DNA of 64,000 nt, taken from an uncultured archaeon. GTDB taxonomy: Archaea > Thermoplasmatota > Thermoplasmata > Thermoplasmatales > Thermoplasmataceae. Location: NCBI GenBank assembly GCA_000965745.1, contig CP009479.1, positions 1,568,001-1,632,000 on the forward strand, written 5' to 3'. Positions 10,249-20,638 of this stretch are shown piece after piece. Below the pieces are notes generated by a model that saw only the letters and a list, made by a program, of their open reading frames with translations, was not told the DNA's origin and made no database searches. The stretch's first letter is position 1. Every line of letters starts with the position of its first letter. The translations under genes and the position numbers were made by a program.

Positions 10249-10284
10249 TAGGGCGGGGAGGATGTCACTCTATCACGGTTCCTG
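10100..10284 (+). ncRNA. Predicted TnpB omegaRNA (right-end RNA plus ~16-nt flank-derived guide)
   Basis: Overlaps the tnpB 3' end, the terminal hairpin and TCAC; the 5' boundary is approximate. Confidence 0.6.
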
Positions 10285-10942
10285 AGATGCTTTTCCCTTC
10301 CATTACTTTCTCATATTCTTCCATATTGGTGCCGTCAATGACACAGACTTTCAGTTTTGACCTTTTTGCAATGTTGAGGGCGGTTATATCCATGAAAACA
10401 TTGGGGCCGGCTCCAATTGACTTGTCAACCGCGAGCTTGATAGCTTCGTCGTAGGAAAGATGATCGAATTTTCTGGCGTTTTTAACTTTCTTCGGGTCGT
10501 CACTGTAAACGCCATCGACTGAGGTTGCGTTAATCAGTGTCCTGGCGCCTATTCTCTCTGCCAGAAGCGTGGCCACAGTATCCGTCGTGTGCCCTGGCTC
10601 AGTTCCGCCCATGACAACGTGCCTGTACACCGCAACAAGTTCCGAGGCATCATTTACAGTTGTAGGTATCTTTGAGTTGACCCCTTCAAGGAATGTTGAT
10701 ACTGTGAGGGCATTCATTCTCGTAGCATTAATGCCTATCTCATCCAGTACATTGTCATTAATGTTGTACTCTTTCAATGAGGATATATAGGTTCTCGCAA
10801 GCCTCCCTCCTCCGACGACAATACCGAATTTGTCAAACTTCTCCGTATTCTTCAGCATCCTGCTGAACTTTTGTATGAACTCTAGCTCGAGGGTCTCCTT
10901 GGAGATGATCGAACCTCCGAGCGAAATTACGATAGGTTTCAT
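10265..10942 (-). CDS. pyrH: UMP kinase
   Basis: [32 protein letters not shown]. Confidence 0.97.
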   Translation of the reverse strand: MKPIVISLGGSIISKETLELEFIQKFSRMLKNTEKFDKFGIVVGGGRLARTYISSLKEYNINDNVLDEIGINATRMNALTVSTFLEGVNSKIPTTVNDASELVAVYRHVVMGGTEPGHTTDTVATLLAERIGARTLINATSVDGVYSDDPKKVKNARKFDHLSYDEAIKLAVDKSIGAGPNVFMDITALNIAKRSKLKVCVIDGTNMEEYEKVMEGKSISGTVIE

Positions 10943-10989
10943 TGAATTCTATCGATTAAGATTAAATACCATTATAAATTTTCTTAAAC

Positions 10990-12246
10990 GTGGCGTCAGA
11001 AGATCCCCAATTAAGAAAATACGAATTCAAAAAAGCATTACAGGAGCTTGGGAACCTCAAAGGACGGGGTACTGAGCTTATATCACTGTACATACCGCCA
11101 GACAAAATGATCTCTGACGTAGTCCAGTATTTGAGGGAGGAGTTTTCCACTTCATCCAATATAAAATCAAAGTCGACAAGGAAGAATGTTCTTTCAGCAA
11201 TAGAATCAATAATGTCCAGGCTTAGAGTCTATAAGTTTCCCCCCGAGACCGGCCTGGTGTTTTTCGTTGGACATGTTTCAACACGAGGGGACCAGACAGA
11301 GATGTACACAAAGATCATTGAGCCACCCGAGCCAATTCAAACCTTCATGTACAAGTGTGACTCTATTTTCCACCTGGAGCAGTTGCAGGATCAGTTAAAG
11401 GTAAAGGAGCTCTATGGCCTCATCGTTATTGACAGGAAGGAGGCTACCATTGGGTTTCTAAGCGGGACAAACATACAGCTTGTCGCAAACGAGCAATCTC
11501 TTGTTCCGAGCAAGCATCATCAGGGTGGGCAGTCATCCCGAAGATATGAGCGCCTAATAGAGAGTGCTGCCCATGAATTCTTCAAGAAAGCGGGAGAAAT
11601 TGCCAATAATTCTTTCATGCCTCTGATAAAGGATATCCAGGCGGTATTTGTCGGTGGCCCGGGGGCTACGAAGGAATATTTCTTCGATAAGGGTTACCTC
11701 AGGAATGAAATCAAGGATAAGGTCAAGGACCTGTTCGATCTCGGATACACAGATGAAACAGGGCTCAGGGAGCTTGTTGACAAAGCATCCGACTCAATCA
11801 AGGATATGCAGATTGCCCGAGAACGCGACCTCATGAACAAGTTCATGTCTGAGATAAAAAAACCAGACGGCGGACTTGGCATCTATGGAAGCCTGGCCGT
11901 AGAGCAGGCTCTGAGGCAGAAGGCAATCGACACCCTTCTTATTTCCGAGGGGCTGAGCAAGTCAAAATATGTGTATGGATGCTCAAGCTGTGGAAACGTC
12001 ATGGAAACGCAAAAAGAGTCTGATGGACAGCCGCAATGTGAGAAATGTGGCGCCTCAATGAGTCTGACCGATGAGTTGGATCTTGTGGAAGTATACTACC
12101 AGCTTTCGGAGGAATCAGGCGCAAGAGTTGAAATGATCTCCGAAGACAGCGAGGAAGGAAAACTCCTGAAAAAAGCATTTAGCGGCATAGCGGGAATTCT
12201 CAGGTACGTTCCGACAAATTCCCAGATCCCACAGAAAGCAGCCTGA
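10990..12246 (+). CDS. prf1: Peptide chain release factor aRF1
   Basis: NIKS, YKCD and GGQ motifs; zinc ribbon in domain 3. Confidence 0.98.
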   Translation: MASEDPQLRKYEFKKALQELGNLKGRGTELISLYIPPDKMISDVVQYLREEFSTSSNIKSKSTRKNVLSAIESIMSRLRVYKFPPETGLVFFVGHVSTRGDQTEMYTKIIEPPEPIQTFMYKCDSIFHLEQLQDQLKVKELYGLIVIDRKEATIGFLSGTNIQLVANEQSLVPSKHHQGGQSSRRYERLIESAAHEFFKKAGEIANNSFMPLIKDIQAVFVGGPGATKEYFFDKGYLRNEIKDKVKDLFDLGYTDETGLRELVDKASDSIKDMQIARERDLMNKFMSEIKKPDGGLGIYGSLAVEQALRQKAIDTLLISEGLSKSKYVYGCSSCGNVMETQKESDGQPQCEKCGASMSLTDELDLVEVYYQLSEESGARVEMISEDSEEGKLLKKAFSGIAGILRYVPTNSQIPQKAA

Positions 12247-12258
12247 TGAAGGCCGAAC

Positions 12259-12516
12259 TTACTGTACGGACATGCTTCTGCTGTTGTCCACTACAAAAAC
12301 GTCTTTGAATGACTTCATCGACATCAGCGGGATCATATACCTTCCCTTGGAATCTTTCTGAAAACTCTGGAGCGTAACGCTGCCGGATGTTTTGACAAGA
12401 ACCGTTCTGATCTCTCCAGAATCAGTGTCTATGACAAAATTGTCAACGATGCCGATTAGCTCACCGTCGGAAGTCATGACTTCCTTTTTAACGAGATCAG
12501 AAACAAATTTCTTCAT
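12259..12516 (-). CDS. PRC-barrel domain protein
   Basis: V.TSDGE.IG.V..FVID..SGEI pattern. Confidence 0.85.
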   Translation of the reverse strand: MKKFVSDLVKKEVMTSDGELIGIVDNFVIDTDSGEIRTVLVKTSGSVTLQSFQKDSKGRYMIPLMSMKSFKDVFVVDNSRSMSVQ

Positions 12517-12620
12517 AGGAGTCTCACGATTGATGCCAAAACCACTTCTCTTGATATAAATCTTTAGATGAAAATTAAACGCTGCCTGTATTTGAAAATA
12601 AAAAAGAATGGTTTAAGGAT

Positions 12621-14858
12621 TTACTGGTAAAGCCCCAGTTCCTCCACGGATTTCTTTCTCTCCTTCGGGCTCTTCCCGAGGGTGTCTGCTATATTCTTGT
12701 AGAACTTCAGCACTTCATCGTCTACTGAAGCCCTTATTGATTTCATGGCTTCTATGAAGTGCCTCTCGAACACAAGCGTAGCTTCTGGATCCTCACGGTA
12801 TGCGGTCATTCCCGCCTCACGGCACAGGTTCTCGAGGTCAGCTCCCACATAACCTTCTGTTCTTTCGGCTACAGCTTCAAGGTTAACATCCTCCGCAAGC
12901 GGCATGTTCTTCGTATGGACCTTCAGGATCTGTAACCTGCTTTCCTTATCCGGGGATGGAATGTATATCAGCTTGTCGAATCTCCCGGCCCTCGTTAGCG
13001 CCGGGTCCATAATATCCGGACGGTTGGTTGCAGCAATAACCACAACTCCCTGAAGGACTTCCATGCCATCAAGGGATGTAAGGAGCTGGTTCACCATTCT
13101 TTCGGTTACGCCTGAATCGCCATAGGTTCCCCTGCGGGGGGCAATAGAATCAATTTCATCAAGAAATACGATTGTGGGCGCTACCTGCTTGGCTTTCTTG
13201 AATATCTCGCGAATTGCCTTTTCGCTTTCGCCAACCCATTTGCTGAGAACCTCAGGGCCTTTTACAGATATGAAATTTGCTTTGCTCTCATTTGCAACAG
13301 CTTTCGCCAGCAGAGTCTTGCCCACTCCCGGAGGACCGTAAAGGAGGAATCCCTTTGATGCCCTTATCCCAAGCCTCTTGAAAACATCAGGCTTGATGAG
13401 GGGCAGTTCTACAGTTTCCCTCAGCTCTCTCTTGACGTCCTCGAGCCCTCCTACATCTGCCCAAGTTATGCTTGGTACCTCGATGGTAACCTCTCTCAGG
13501 CTGCTTGGCTCAATAGTCTTTAGCGCCTCCCTGAAATCTTCTGCGGTAACCTGCATTTTTTCAAGAACTTCAGTTGGAATGGGCTTGTCAAGGTCGATCT
13601 CCGGAAGGTATCTTCTCAGGGCATTCATAGCACTCTCCCTGGCGAGCGCTGCGAGATCTGCACCTACGAAACCATATGTGTAGTTGGCAATATCCTCGAG
13701 AAATTCATTCTTCTCCTCTTCTTCCATGCCAAGGGGCATTCCTCTGGCATGGATCGAAAGGATCTCTTTCCTGCCGTATCTGTCTGGTACTCCTATGTTG
13801 ATCTCCCTGTCAAACCTTCCCGGCCTTCTCAACGCGGGATCGACGGCGTCTATCCTGTTTGATGCACCTATAACTATGACGTGTCCCCTCTCTTTGAGGC
13901 CGTCCATCAGAGTGAGAAGCTGGGCGACTACTCTCCTTTCGACTTCTCCCTGTACTTCCTCCCTCTTGGGGGCGATTGAATCAATCTCATCAATGAATAT
14001 GATTGATGGTTCCGAGTCTTCGGCTTTCATGAAGATTTCCCTGAGCTTCTGTTCACTCTGCCCGTAGTATTTGCTCATTATTTCAGGGCCATTTATTGAG
14101 AAGAAATTTGCTCCCGACTCGTTGGCAACAGCCCTGGCGATCAGGGTCTTACCTGTGCCTGGAGGGCCATGGAGAAGAACTCCCTTTGGTGGCCTTATCC
14201 CGAGCCTTTCAAACAGTTCAGGATGCTTAAGCGGAAGCTCAATAATCTCCCTGACTTTGCTTAATTGGTCAGATAAACCACCAATGTCTTCATAACTTAT
14301 CCTGGATACTTCCTCAAGAACCTCAGATGCTGGCTCTTCCCGTATCTCAATCTTTGTCTCTTCCCCCACCTCTACAGGTATTTTGCTGGGGGTGGTCTTA
14401 ATAACCTTGAACAGTAGTCCTGAATGCCCTGCCAGTGTAAGGCCCGGGACACTGATGTTATCGGCCTCGAGCATGGGCCTCCTGATGAGGGCTTTCTGCA
14501 CAAATTCATCAATGCCCTCTCCGAATTTCAACCTCTGGTCTTTTCTGATAATGGGTGCAAGAACAACCTTTTTGGCCTCTTCTGCTCTCACCTTTCTTAC
14601 TTTAACCTTATCTCCTATTGAACATCCACAGTTGTTTCTGAGAACACTATCGATTCTCACAATACCTTTGTTCTCGTCTTCGGGCCTTGCCCTATAGACT
14701 CTTCCGACGGTTTTTTTGGTTTTTTCGATCTCAACAACGTCCCCTATTTCTGCGCCAATTGCAAGCCTGGAATCTTCATCGAGACGCACTCTTGACATTC
14801 CGGGGTCAGTTGAATTAGCCTCAGAAACCCTGAGGATAATTCCGTCATTATGTTGCAT
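12621..14858 (-). CDS. cdc48: CDC48/VCP-like AAA ATPase (VAT)
   Basis: N domain plus two AAA modules ([20 protein letters not shown]); C-terminal LYQ. Confidence 0.97.
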   Translation of the reverse strand: MQHNDGIILRVSEANSTDPGMSRVRLDEDSRLAIGAEIGDVVEIEKTKKTVGRVYRARPEDENKGIVRIDSVLRNNCGCSIGDKVKVRKVRAEEAKKVVLAPIIRKDQRLKFGEGIDEFVQKALIRRPMLEADNISVPGLTLAGHSGLLFKVIKTTPSKIPVEVGEETKIEIREEPASEVLEEVSRISYEDIGGLSDQLSKVREIIELPLKHPELFERLGIRPPKGVLLHGPPGTGKTLIARAVANESGANFFSINGPEIMSKYYGQSEQKLREIFMKAEDSEPSIIFIDEIDSIAPKREEVQGEVERRVVAQLLTLMDGLKERGHVIVIGASNRIDAVDPALRRPGRFDREINIGVPDRYGRKEILSIHARGMPLGMEEEEKNEFLEDIANYTYGFVGADLAALARESAMNALRRYLPEIDLDKPIPTEVLEKMQVTAEDFREALKTIEPSSLREVTIEVPSITWADVGGLEDVKRELRETVELPLIKPDVFKRLGIRASKGFLLYGPPGVGKTLLAKAVANESKANFISVKGPEVLSKWVGESEKAIREIFKKAKQVAPTIVFLDEIDSIAPRRGTYGDSGVTERMVNQLLTSLDGMEVLQGVVVIAATNRPDIMDPALTRAGRFDKLIYIPSPDKESRLQILKVHTKNMPLAEDVNLEAVAERTEGYVGADLENLCREAGMTAYREDPEATLVFERHFIEAMKSIRASVDDEVLKFYKNIADTLGKSPKERKKSVEELGLYQ

Positions 14859-15572
14859 GGTTCCCCTATTTCGTAATGAGTATTAAAAATTTTATTTTAT
14901 TTCACATTGCGAAGTACCTTGATATCCCGCTGTACCACAACATTTAAATCCAATATTCCGCCATCCCAACTCACACGGTAAATCTACCGAAACTGTTAAT
15001 AATTTTATTGATTGGCGTCTCACATTTCACAAAATATCAGACAGATGTCGAACGTTATTAACATGGAGAGGATTTTGTGATATGCCCGAAAAACATATCC
15101 TGCTGATTATGGAAGAGATAGACAACATATTTTGTTTCGGGCTTGTATAACAAATCTATCCCAGCTGCAACGTTCTTCTCTTGTATAGAAAGGTTGGTCT
15201 TTCGAGGCGGCACTCAAAGCGCATGCAACGGGGAACAGGAGCAATCTGCGCATCTGATCCTGCGAACGGCATTATTGCGCATGAACTGGTCATGGGAACT
15301 CTGTGATATTATGCCCCATCCCCTGGTTTACCACACGTGAAACAGAGAGGACATTGTATCAGTGGAGTAAATCCCGGGATGTGAGCGCGTCCGGTCCGTG
15401 AGGGACCAGGATTATGGCACGGTCTTGGAAGCGAAAATCGTAGTTTACAATATTATGGTCTTTGGGAATCAAATATGCCACTGGTCAATAAGAAGGTCAT
15501 ACGTACTGCGGCCTGAGGGATGAATGCACGCCGTACGTAATACTTTTAATTGACTTATTTATTCTATAGGCT

Positions 15573-16202
15573 GTGACTGATGCTTCGGAGACTCTCTGGG
15601 ATAAGGTATACTCTGAAAAGCCGCATACCTTGCACGGTTGGTACGAGCCGAGTCCAACAAGATCTATAGAGCTGATTCAGGAACTATCCGTTCCACTTGA
15701 CTCAGTTATGGCAGATGTTGGCTGCGGCCAGTCTAACTTCATTTCCGATCTCATTCAGCATGGTTTCAGGCAGATATATGCAATAGACGTGAGTTCTACA
15801 GCTATGGAAAACCTCCGAGGAGCCCTCGGAAAAGATAGCTTGGAGGTAAAATTCATTTCGGCAGATGTGTCAACCAAAAATTTCCCCTCACTTGATAAGA
15901 AAGTTGATGTCTGGCACGATCGTACTCTGCTCCACTTTTTCACCGGTGAAAAAGAAAGGAAACAGTACCGCCGGAATCTTTTGACGAATCTCAGGTCTGG
16001 TGGCTACGCCATATTCGCGGAGCATTCAAGGACCGGGCCTGAATACTGCAGCGGGCAGAAACTATTCCGTTACGAAGCGGATGATTACCGCCTGTTGCTT
16101 GGCAATGACTTTGAGCTTATCAAGGTGTTCAAGCATGATCAGCCATCGCCTTCAGGGTCTGTGAGAAACCTTACTTACGCAGTTTTCAGGAAATCATGCT
16201 GA
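15573..16202 (+). CDS. Class I SAM-dependent methyltransferase
   Basis: ADVGCG, AIDVS, WHDR..LHF, GPEYCSG. Confidence 0.88.
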   Translation: MTDASETLWDKVYSEKPHTLHGWYEPSPTRSIELIQELSVPLDSVMADVGCGQSNFISDLIQHGFRQIYAIDVSSTAMENLRGALGKDSLEVKFISADVSTKNFPSLDKKVDVWHDRTLLHFFTGEKERKQYRRNLLTNLRSGGYAIFAEHSRTGPEYCSGQKLFRYEADDYRLLLGNDFELIKVFKHDQPSPSGSVRNLTYAVFRKSC

Positions 16203-16489
16203 TTTGCCTGCAGCTTGGTGGCATAGCTGGATAGATAACGTGAATATGGGGGAAGATGGAAAATGGATAAAACAAAGCGCCCAGGATGCGATGCTGATTA
16301 ACTCAAGAGACTGGCGTCTAATCCCATGGTGGTATTGAACAAGAAAGTGGGAGGGAAGCCAAGGGAGATAATGAAAATCGTCACATGCCAAATTATGATC
16401 CCTCCAGTTTTATTAAAAAGTCTTCAGTCTCGTGCTAAAAATGTGATCGAATCGAGAGCGTTTTATGCAAGGGTGACGATCTGGGTGCC

Positions 16490-17764
16490 ATGTCCGAAAT
16501 AAGATACGATCTCGCTGTCATAGGATCGGGCATAGTTGGGCTTACATCAGCATTCTATATCAAAAAGGGCAACCCGGACCTTAAAATTGTCGTGATAGAC
16601 AAGCAGCATACATTTGCCCAGGGACAGACGGGGAGAAGCGCTGCTGCTTTCAGGGATCTATTCTCTTCGGACACAAATTACAATCTGGCTGCCTCGAGCA
16701 TAGATTTCTACAGCCACATCCAGAAGGAACTCGGGTATGACATAGGAATGAGATACACCGGCTATATGTTCCTACTCACAGAAGGCAATGAAAAACTGCC
16801 TGTTCTTGAAGAGCTGAGCAAGAAAACAAGGACAAGGACATTGGGAAGGGATGAGCTGGAAAACAATGGCAACATAAAACTTGTTCCCGACAGGGATGTA
16901 TCTGAGATTATGGGGCTGAAAGAGATCGTAGGCGGCTTCATTGGCCTTAACTGCGGAATAATTGAACCCGATCTCCTGTCCAAATATTACTATGAGGAAT
17001 TAATTCATATGGGGGTCGAATTCATGTTCAACACCCCGGTCGAGAGCATATCTCTGGAACCTTTTGACAAGCTAGATTTCCCGGGTGAGCCATTCCTCTG
17101 GCAGAAGAAGACTATTGGCTCACTTAAGACGCCAAGAGGAGATATAGTCGCAGACACCTATGTTGTTGCCACCGATGTATGGAGCTCCGAGCTGCTTGAT
17201 CCCATAGGAATCGATTGCCATATAAGGCCTAAGAAGAGGCAAGTATTCCAGGTTTCGGGGGAGGAGATTGAAAAAATGCTCTTTTCTTCCAGGTTCAGCG
17301 AGTCTGAAATATTCCCATTCACAGTCCTTCCGTCAAACAGTGTATATATGAGGCCAGCACCAAGGGAAAAGTCATTCTGGGTAGGAGTAGCCGATGACAT
17401 AGGGAGGGATTTCTCCTTTCAGGACGACCCCATGGCAGAAAGGAGGTACTACGATTACAACATCATACAGGTTATTCAGTCATACATCCCTGCATTCTCT
17501 AACTCAAGGGTAACAGGAATGTGGGCGGGCTATTACTCATACAATACTATCGACATGAATCCGTATGTTTTTCAGACCCTCAATCTGATAGTTGCAACAG
17601 GGACGAGCGGAAGTGGAATACTCAAGGGAGATTCTGTGGGAAGGACTGTGGCTGCCCTATATAACCAGGAAGAATATGTCAATCTCACTAATAATCGCAA
17701 AATAAAAACATCAGATTTGGGAGTAAGCGAAAGAAATGTTGACAGGGAACGGTTTGTTCTCTGA
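16490..17764 (+). CDS. FAD-dependent oxidoreductase (sarcosine oxidase beta/DAO family)
   Basis: VIGSGIVG, TGRSAA, WAGYY, SGSG. Confidence 0.9.
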   Translation: MSEIRYDLAVIGSGIVGLTSAFYIKKGNPDLKIVVIDKQHTFAQGQTGRSAAAFRDLFSSDTNYNLAASSIDFYSHIQKELGYDIGMRYTGYMFLLTEGNEKLPVLEELSKKTRTRTLGRDELENNGNIKLVPDRDVSEIMGLKEIVGGFIGLNCGIIEPDLLSKYYYEELIHMGVEFMFNTPVESISLEPFDKLDFPGEPFLWQKKTIGSLKTPRGDIVADTYVVATDVWSSELLDPIGIDCHIRPKKRQVFQVSGEEIEKMLFSSRFSESEIFPFTVLPSNSVYMRPAPREKSFWVGVADDIGRDFSFQDDPMAERRYYDYNIIQVIQSYIPAFSNSRVTGMWAGYYSYNTIDMNPYVFQTLNLIVATGTSGSGILKGDSVGRTVAALYNQEEYVNLTNNRKIKTSDLGVSERNVDRERFVL

Positions 17765-17787
17765 AATTTGTCCTATCGTTTATTACT

Positions 17788-17835
17788 TAGGATAATATCC
17801 TATTAGAAAATTATATTATTTAGGAAATTTCTCTG
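17788..17835. promoter_or_regulatory. Operator array upstream of thrB-metB
   Basis: Perfect palindrome TAGGATA-A-TATCCTA (17788-17802) followed by two degenerate copies at 17804 and 17821. Confidence 0.5.
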
Positions 17836-17842
17836 CAATTAA

Positions 17843-18784
17843 ATGAAGGCGATCTCATCCATAGCTTACAGCTCCTCAGCAAATCTCGGGCCGGGTTATG
17901 ACGTCCTCGCAATATCCCACAATGCTTATTATGACAGGGTGACTGTTTCCCAGGACGACAGGACCGGCGGACAGCAAATCAGGATATTGTCTGACAACAC
18001 CCCCCTTAAGACGGAGAATAATACTGCCGGCCTGGCACTTATAAATCTTTTCGAAGGTGAGGGCATAAAGGACAGTGTATCAGTTAAGATAGAGAAGGGG
18101 ATTCCGTTCGGCCTTGGCCTGGGCAGCAGCGGTGCCTCATCGGCGGCTGCTATCTTTTCCGCAAACACACTCTTCGAATTAGGCCTCTCCCTCGAAAAAA
18201 TCACATATTATGCGATGAGGGGGGAAATCGCCTCCTCTGGAAGCCCTCATGCGGACAACGTTTCAGCATCGATATACGGTGACATGGTAATAGTAAATTC
18301 TGTAGATCCGCTCAGGGTGAGGAAACTCAAAATCTCCGAGAAGTTCTCTTTCCTGACAATAATTCCACACGTATTCATTCCCAACAAAACTAAAATGGCC
18401 AGGGAAATGCTGCCGAAAACTGTTGAGATGAACAGGGTGATCCAGAACACAAGAAACCTCTCATCCCTTATGGCGGGCCTTGTATCTGGAGAAAGGGACC
18501 TGGTAAGGGGCGGAATGAATGACTGCATAGTTGAATATTCCAGGGCACCTCTGTTCCCCTTTTATAATGAGATAAAGGAGCTTGCCTTGAACTGTGAAGC
18601 AGCAGGGGTGTCAATTAGCGGTGCCGGCCCGTCAATACTCGTGGTATGTGATGAGCTTACAAACAGTGAAGATATAGAGAAGCAGACATCTGCAGTAATG
18701 GAGAAATATGGGTACAAATGGTCATCAGTCCGCTCTGATGTATGTGGAGGTGTGATCAACGAAAACGTCGACGCATATAGTTAA
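17843..18784 (+). CDS. thrB: Homoserine kinase
   Basis: SSANLGPGYD, GHMP motif PFGLGLGSSGAS, HADN, ISGAGPS. Confidence 0.95.
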   Translation: MKAISSIAYSSSANLGPGYDVLAISHNAYYDRVTVSQDDRTGGQQIRILSDNTPLKTENNTAGLALINLFEGEGIKDSVSVKIEKGIPFGLGLGSSGASSAAAIFSANTLFELGLSLEKITYYAMRGEIASSGSPHADNVSASIYGDMVIVNSVDPLRVRKLKISEKFSFLTIIPHVFIPNKTKMAREMLPKTVEMNRVIQNTRNLSSLMAGLVSGERDLVRGGMNDCIVEYSRAPLFPFYNEIKELALNCEAAGVSISGAGPSILVVCDELTNSEDIEKQTSAVMEKYGYKWSSVRSDVCGGVINENVDAYS

Positions 18785-19874
18785 TGAGAGCATTGACCCT
18801 GAGACAGGTGCACTGACCTATCCAATATACCAGACAAGCGCCTATCTGCTTCCCAAGGGGGAAAGGTACAGGTACACAAGGGAAAGCAACCCTACAGTGG
18901 AAGAGCTCTCGAGAAAAGTCTCTTTGATAGAGGGATGCCCGTCAGGCTCATCCTTTTCATCCGGAATGGGGGCAATAACAAGCACTCTTCTATCTCTCCT
19001 TGAACCGGGATCCAACCTTCTTGTTGCAAGTGACATATTTGCCAGGAGCTTCAGGTTTGCAAGCGAGTTCCTGTCCAGATGGGGGGTAAATGTGACCGTG
19101 GCTGAACCTGGGACTGAGAACATAGTTTCTGCCATCGGGGGCAGAACCGATCTTATCTTTCTTGAAGGACTGTCGAACCCGACATTGAGAGTTAATGACA
19201 TACGGGAGATCTCAAGGGCAGCAAAGGAGAATGATTCTGCGCTCTTAGTTGATTCCACTTTCACGACCCCGGTAAACCAGAAACCGTACCTGCTTGGTGC
19301 GGACCTAGTGGTTCACAGCGCTTCCAAGTTTCTCGCAGGGCACAACGATGTAATAGCCGGTGTAGTGTCAGGAAGATCTGAACTCGTAGAAAAAGTGGAT
19401 GTTATGAGGCGGACTATGGGCTCGTCTCTCGATCCGCACGCCGCATTCCTTGTTCTTAGGGGACTGAAAACACTGCGTGTAAGAATGGATGCAATCAACA
19501 AGACGGCAATGGAGATTGCAAAGTATCTCGAGGAAAACCAGAAAATTTCCCGCGTGTATTACCCGGGGCTTAAATCACACCCGGACCATGATGTTGCCCA
19601 GCAGATACTTGATGGATTCGGCGGAGTGGTTTCATTCGACATAAAAGGGGGATCAAAGGATGCCCTTGAATTTCTGTCGAAACTCAAGCTTGTAATGCCC
19701 GCAAACACTCTTGGAGGGGTAAATTCGACTATATCTCATCCCAAGACAATGTCTCACCGCGGCCTCAATGACCAGGAACGCGCAAGGGCCGGCATAAATG
19801 AAAGCATGCTGAGATTGTCAGTCGGCCTTGAGCACTACGAGGACATTGTCAGCGATCTCACCTGTGCACTTTAG
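18759..19874 (+). CDS. metB: Cystathionine gamma-synthase/lyase (PLP); apparent ACG start
   Basis: Conserved N-terminus DPETGA..PIYQTSAY..YTRESNPT lies upstream of the listed GTG; HSASKFLAGHND PLP lysine; RLSVGLE. Confidence 0.88.
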   Translation, partial: TKTSTHIVNESIDPETGALTYPIYQTSAYLLPKGERYRYTRESNPTVEELSRKVSLIEGCPSGSSFSSGMGAITSTLLSLLEPGSNLLVASDIFARSFRFASEFLSRWGVNVTVAEPGTENIVSAIGGRTDLIFLEGLSNPTLRVNDIREISRAAKENDSALLVDSTFTTPVNQKPYLLGADLVVHSASKFLAGHNDVIAGVVSGRSELVEKVDVMRRTMGSSLDPHAAFLVLRGLKTLRVRMDAINKTAMEIAKYLEENQKISRVYYPGLKSHPDHDVAQQILDGFGGVVSFDIKGGSKDALEFLSKLKLVMPANTLGGVNSTISHPKTMSHRGLNDQERARAGINESMLRLSVGLEHYEDIVSDLTCAL

Positions 19875-19883
19875 CCCGGCAGA

Positions 19884-20633
19884 TCAGACTATTAGCTCTC
19901 CATCCTCGGTAAGAAAGAACCTCACTTTCTCCTTTCCACTTTCGGTTTCAGCGTATAGCGTGACGTAATCTGCTGCGTTTGCTTCTGTCCTCGCAATTTC
20001 GCACAGATCTTTATAGTGCGAAACACCAAGTTGTGCAACGAATATAGGAACGGACTCACCCTTCCTGGCTGCTATCCTGTATCTGCTGCTGGACGAGTCA
20101 AAAGCCCTGACATAATCCCTTAGTTTTCCGGGTGCCGGGACATTGTGAAACCTCTCCACCCATTCCCTCCTTACACACAGGTTCACTTTCTTCTCAAACT
20201 TGTAAATTGTGGTCTGGCCCGAAACGGGGAGTCCAGAATAATCATTTGAAAATGTCTTCCTGTGGCACTCCTCGCAAAGTGTTATAAGATTCCTGAAAGT
20301 ATTTTTCCCGCCATCCTTCCTTGGAACTATGTGATGAACCTGGACCGCCAGATGAAGCTTGTTGTACTGATCCGCTGTGGAGAAATTGGAAAGCTCGCTT
20401 CGGCCGCATATCCTGCATGAGTAGTTATCCCTTATGAGGACAGCCTTTGAAGCCATGGGCCACTTCATCGATCTGCCTGAAGAATCGCCTGCGGGATCAA
20501 AATCAGCAACTTCAGTAATTCGTGATATGCCGGAAATTTCCTCAAGCCTGGATTCTGGAAGCTTAGGAACTTCTTTGTACGGGTTGTTCTGAATCAGTTT
20601 TTCAAGTTGAGGGTCCAAGGCGAACAATGCCAT
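19884..20633 (-). CDS. HNH endonuclease domain protein
   Basis: RDNYSCRICG...VHHIVP...GG.N...NLITLCEECH. Confidence 0.88.
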   Translation of the reverse strand: MALFALDPQLEKLIQNNPYKEVPKLPESRLEEISGISRITEVADFDPAGDSSGRSMKWPMASKAVLIRDNYSCRICGRSELSNFSTADQYNKLHLAVQVHHIVPRKDGGKNTFRNLITLCEECHRKTFSNDYSGLPVSGQTTIYKFEKKVNLCVRREWVERFHNVPAPGKLRDYVRAFDSSSSRYRIAARKGESVPIFVAQLGVSHYKDLCEIARTEANAADYVTLYAETESGKEKVRFFLTEDGELIV

Positions 20634-20638
20634 ATGAT

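Larger units (their letters stand above)
8553..10268 (+). mobile_element. IS200/IS605-family element (IS605 type, tnpA+tnpB)
   Basis: TTTAA target at 8548-8552, subterminal hairpins at both ends, right end TCAC, no TSD. Confidence 0.9.

Noticed and set aside
13378-14697. Plus-strand ORFs of 65-127 aa
   Set aside because: Antisense shadows of cdc48; the same applies to most short ORFs overlapping larger genes in the ORF track
14860-15570. RNase P or SRP RNA
   Set aside because: Diagnostic conserved motifs not found
18897-18899. GTG as the metB start
   Set aside because: Would delete the conserved PIYQTS and YxRxxNPT motifs
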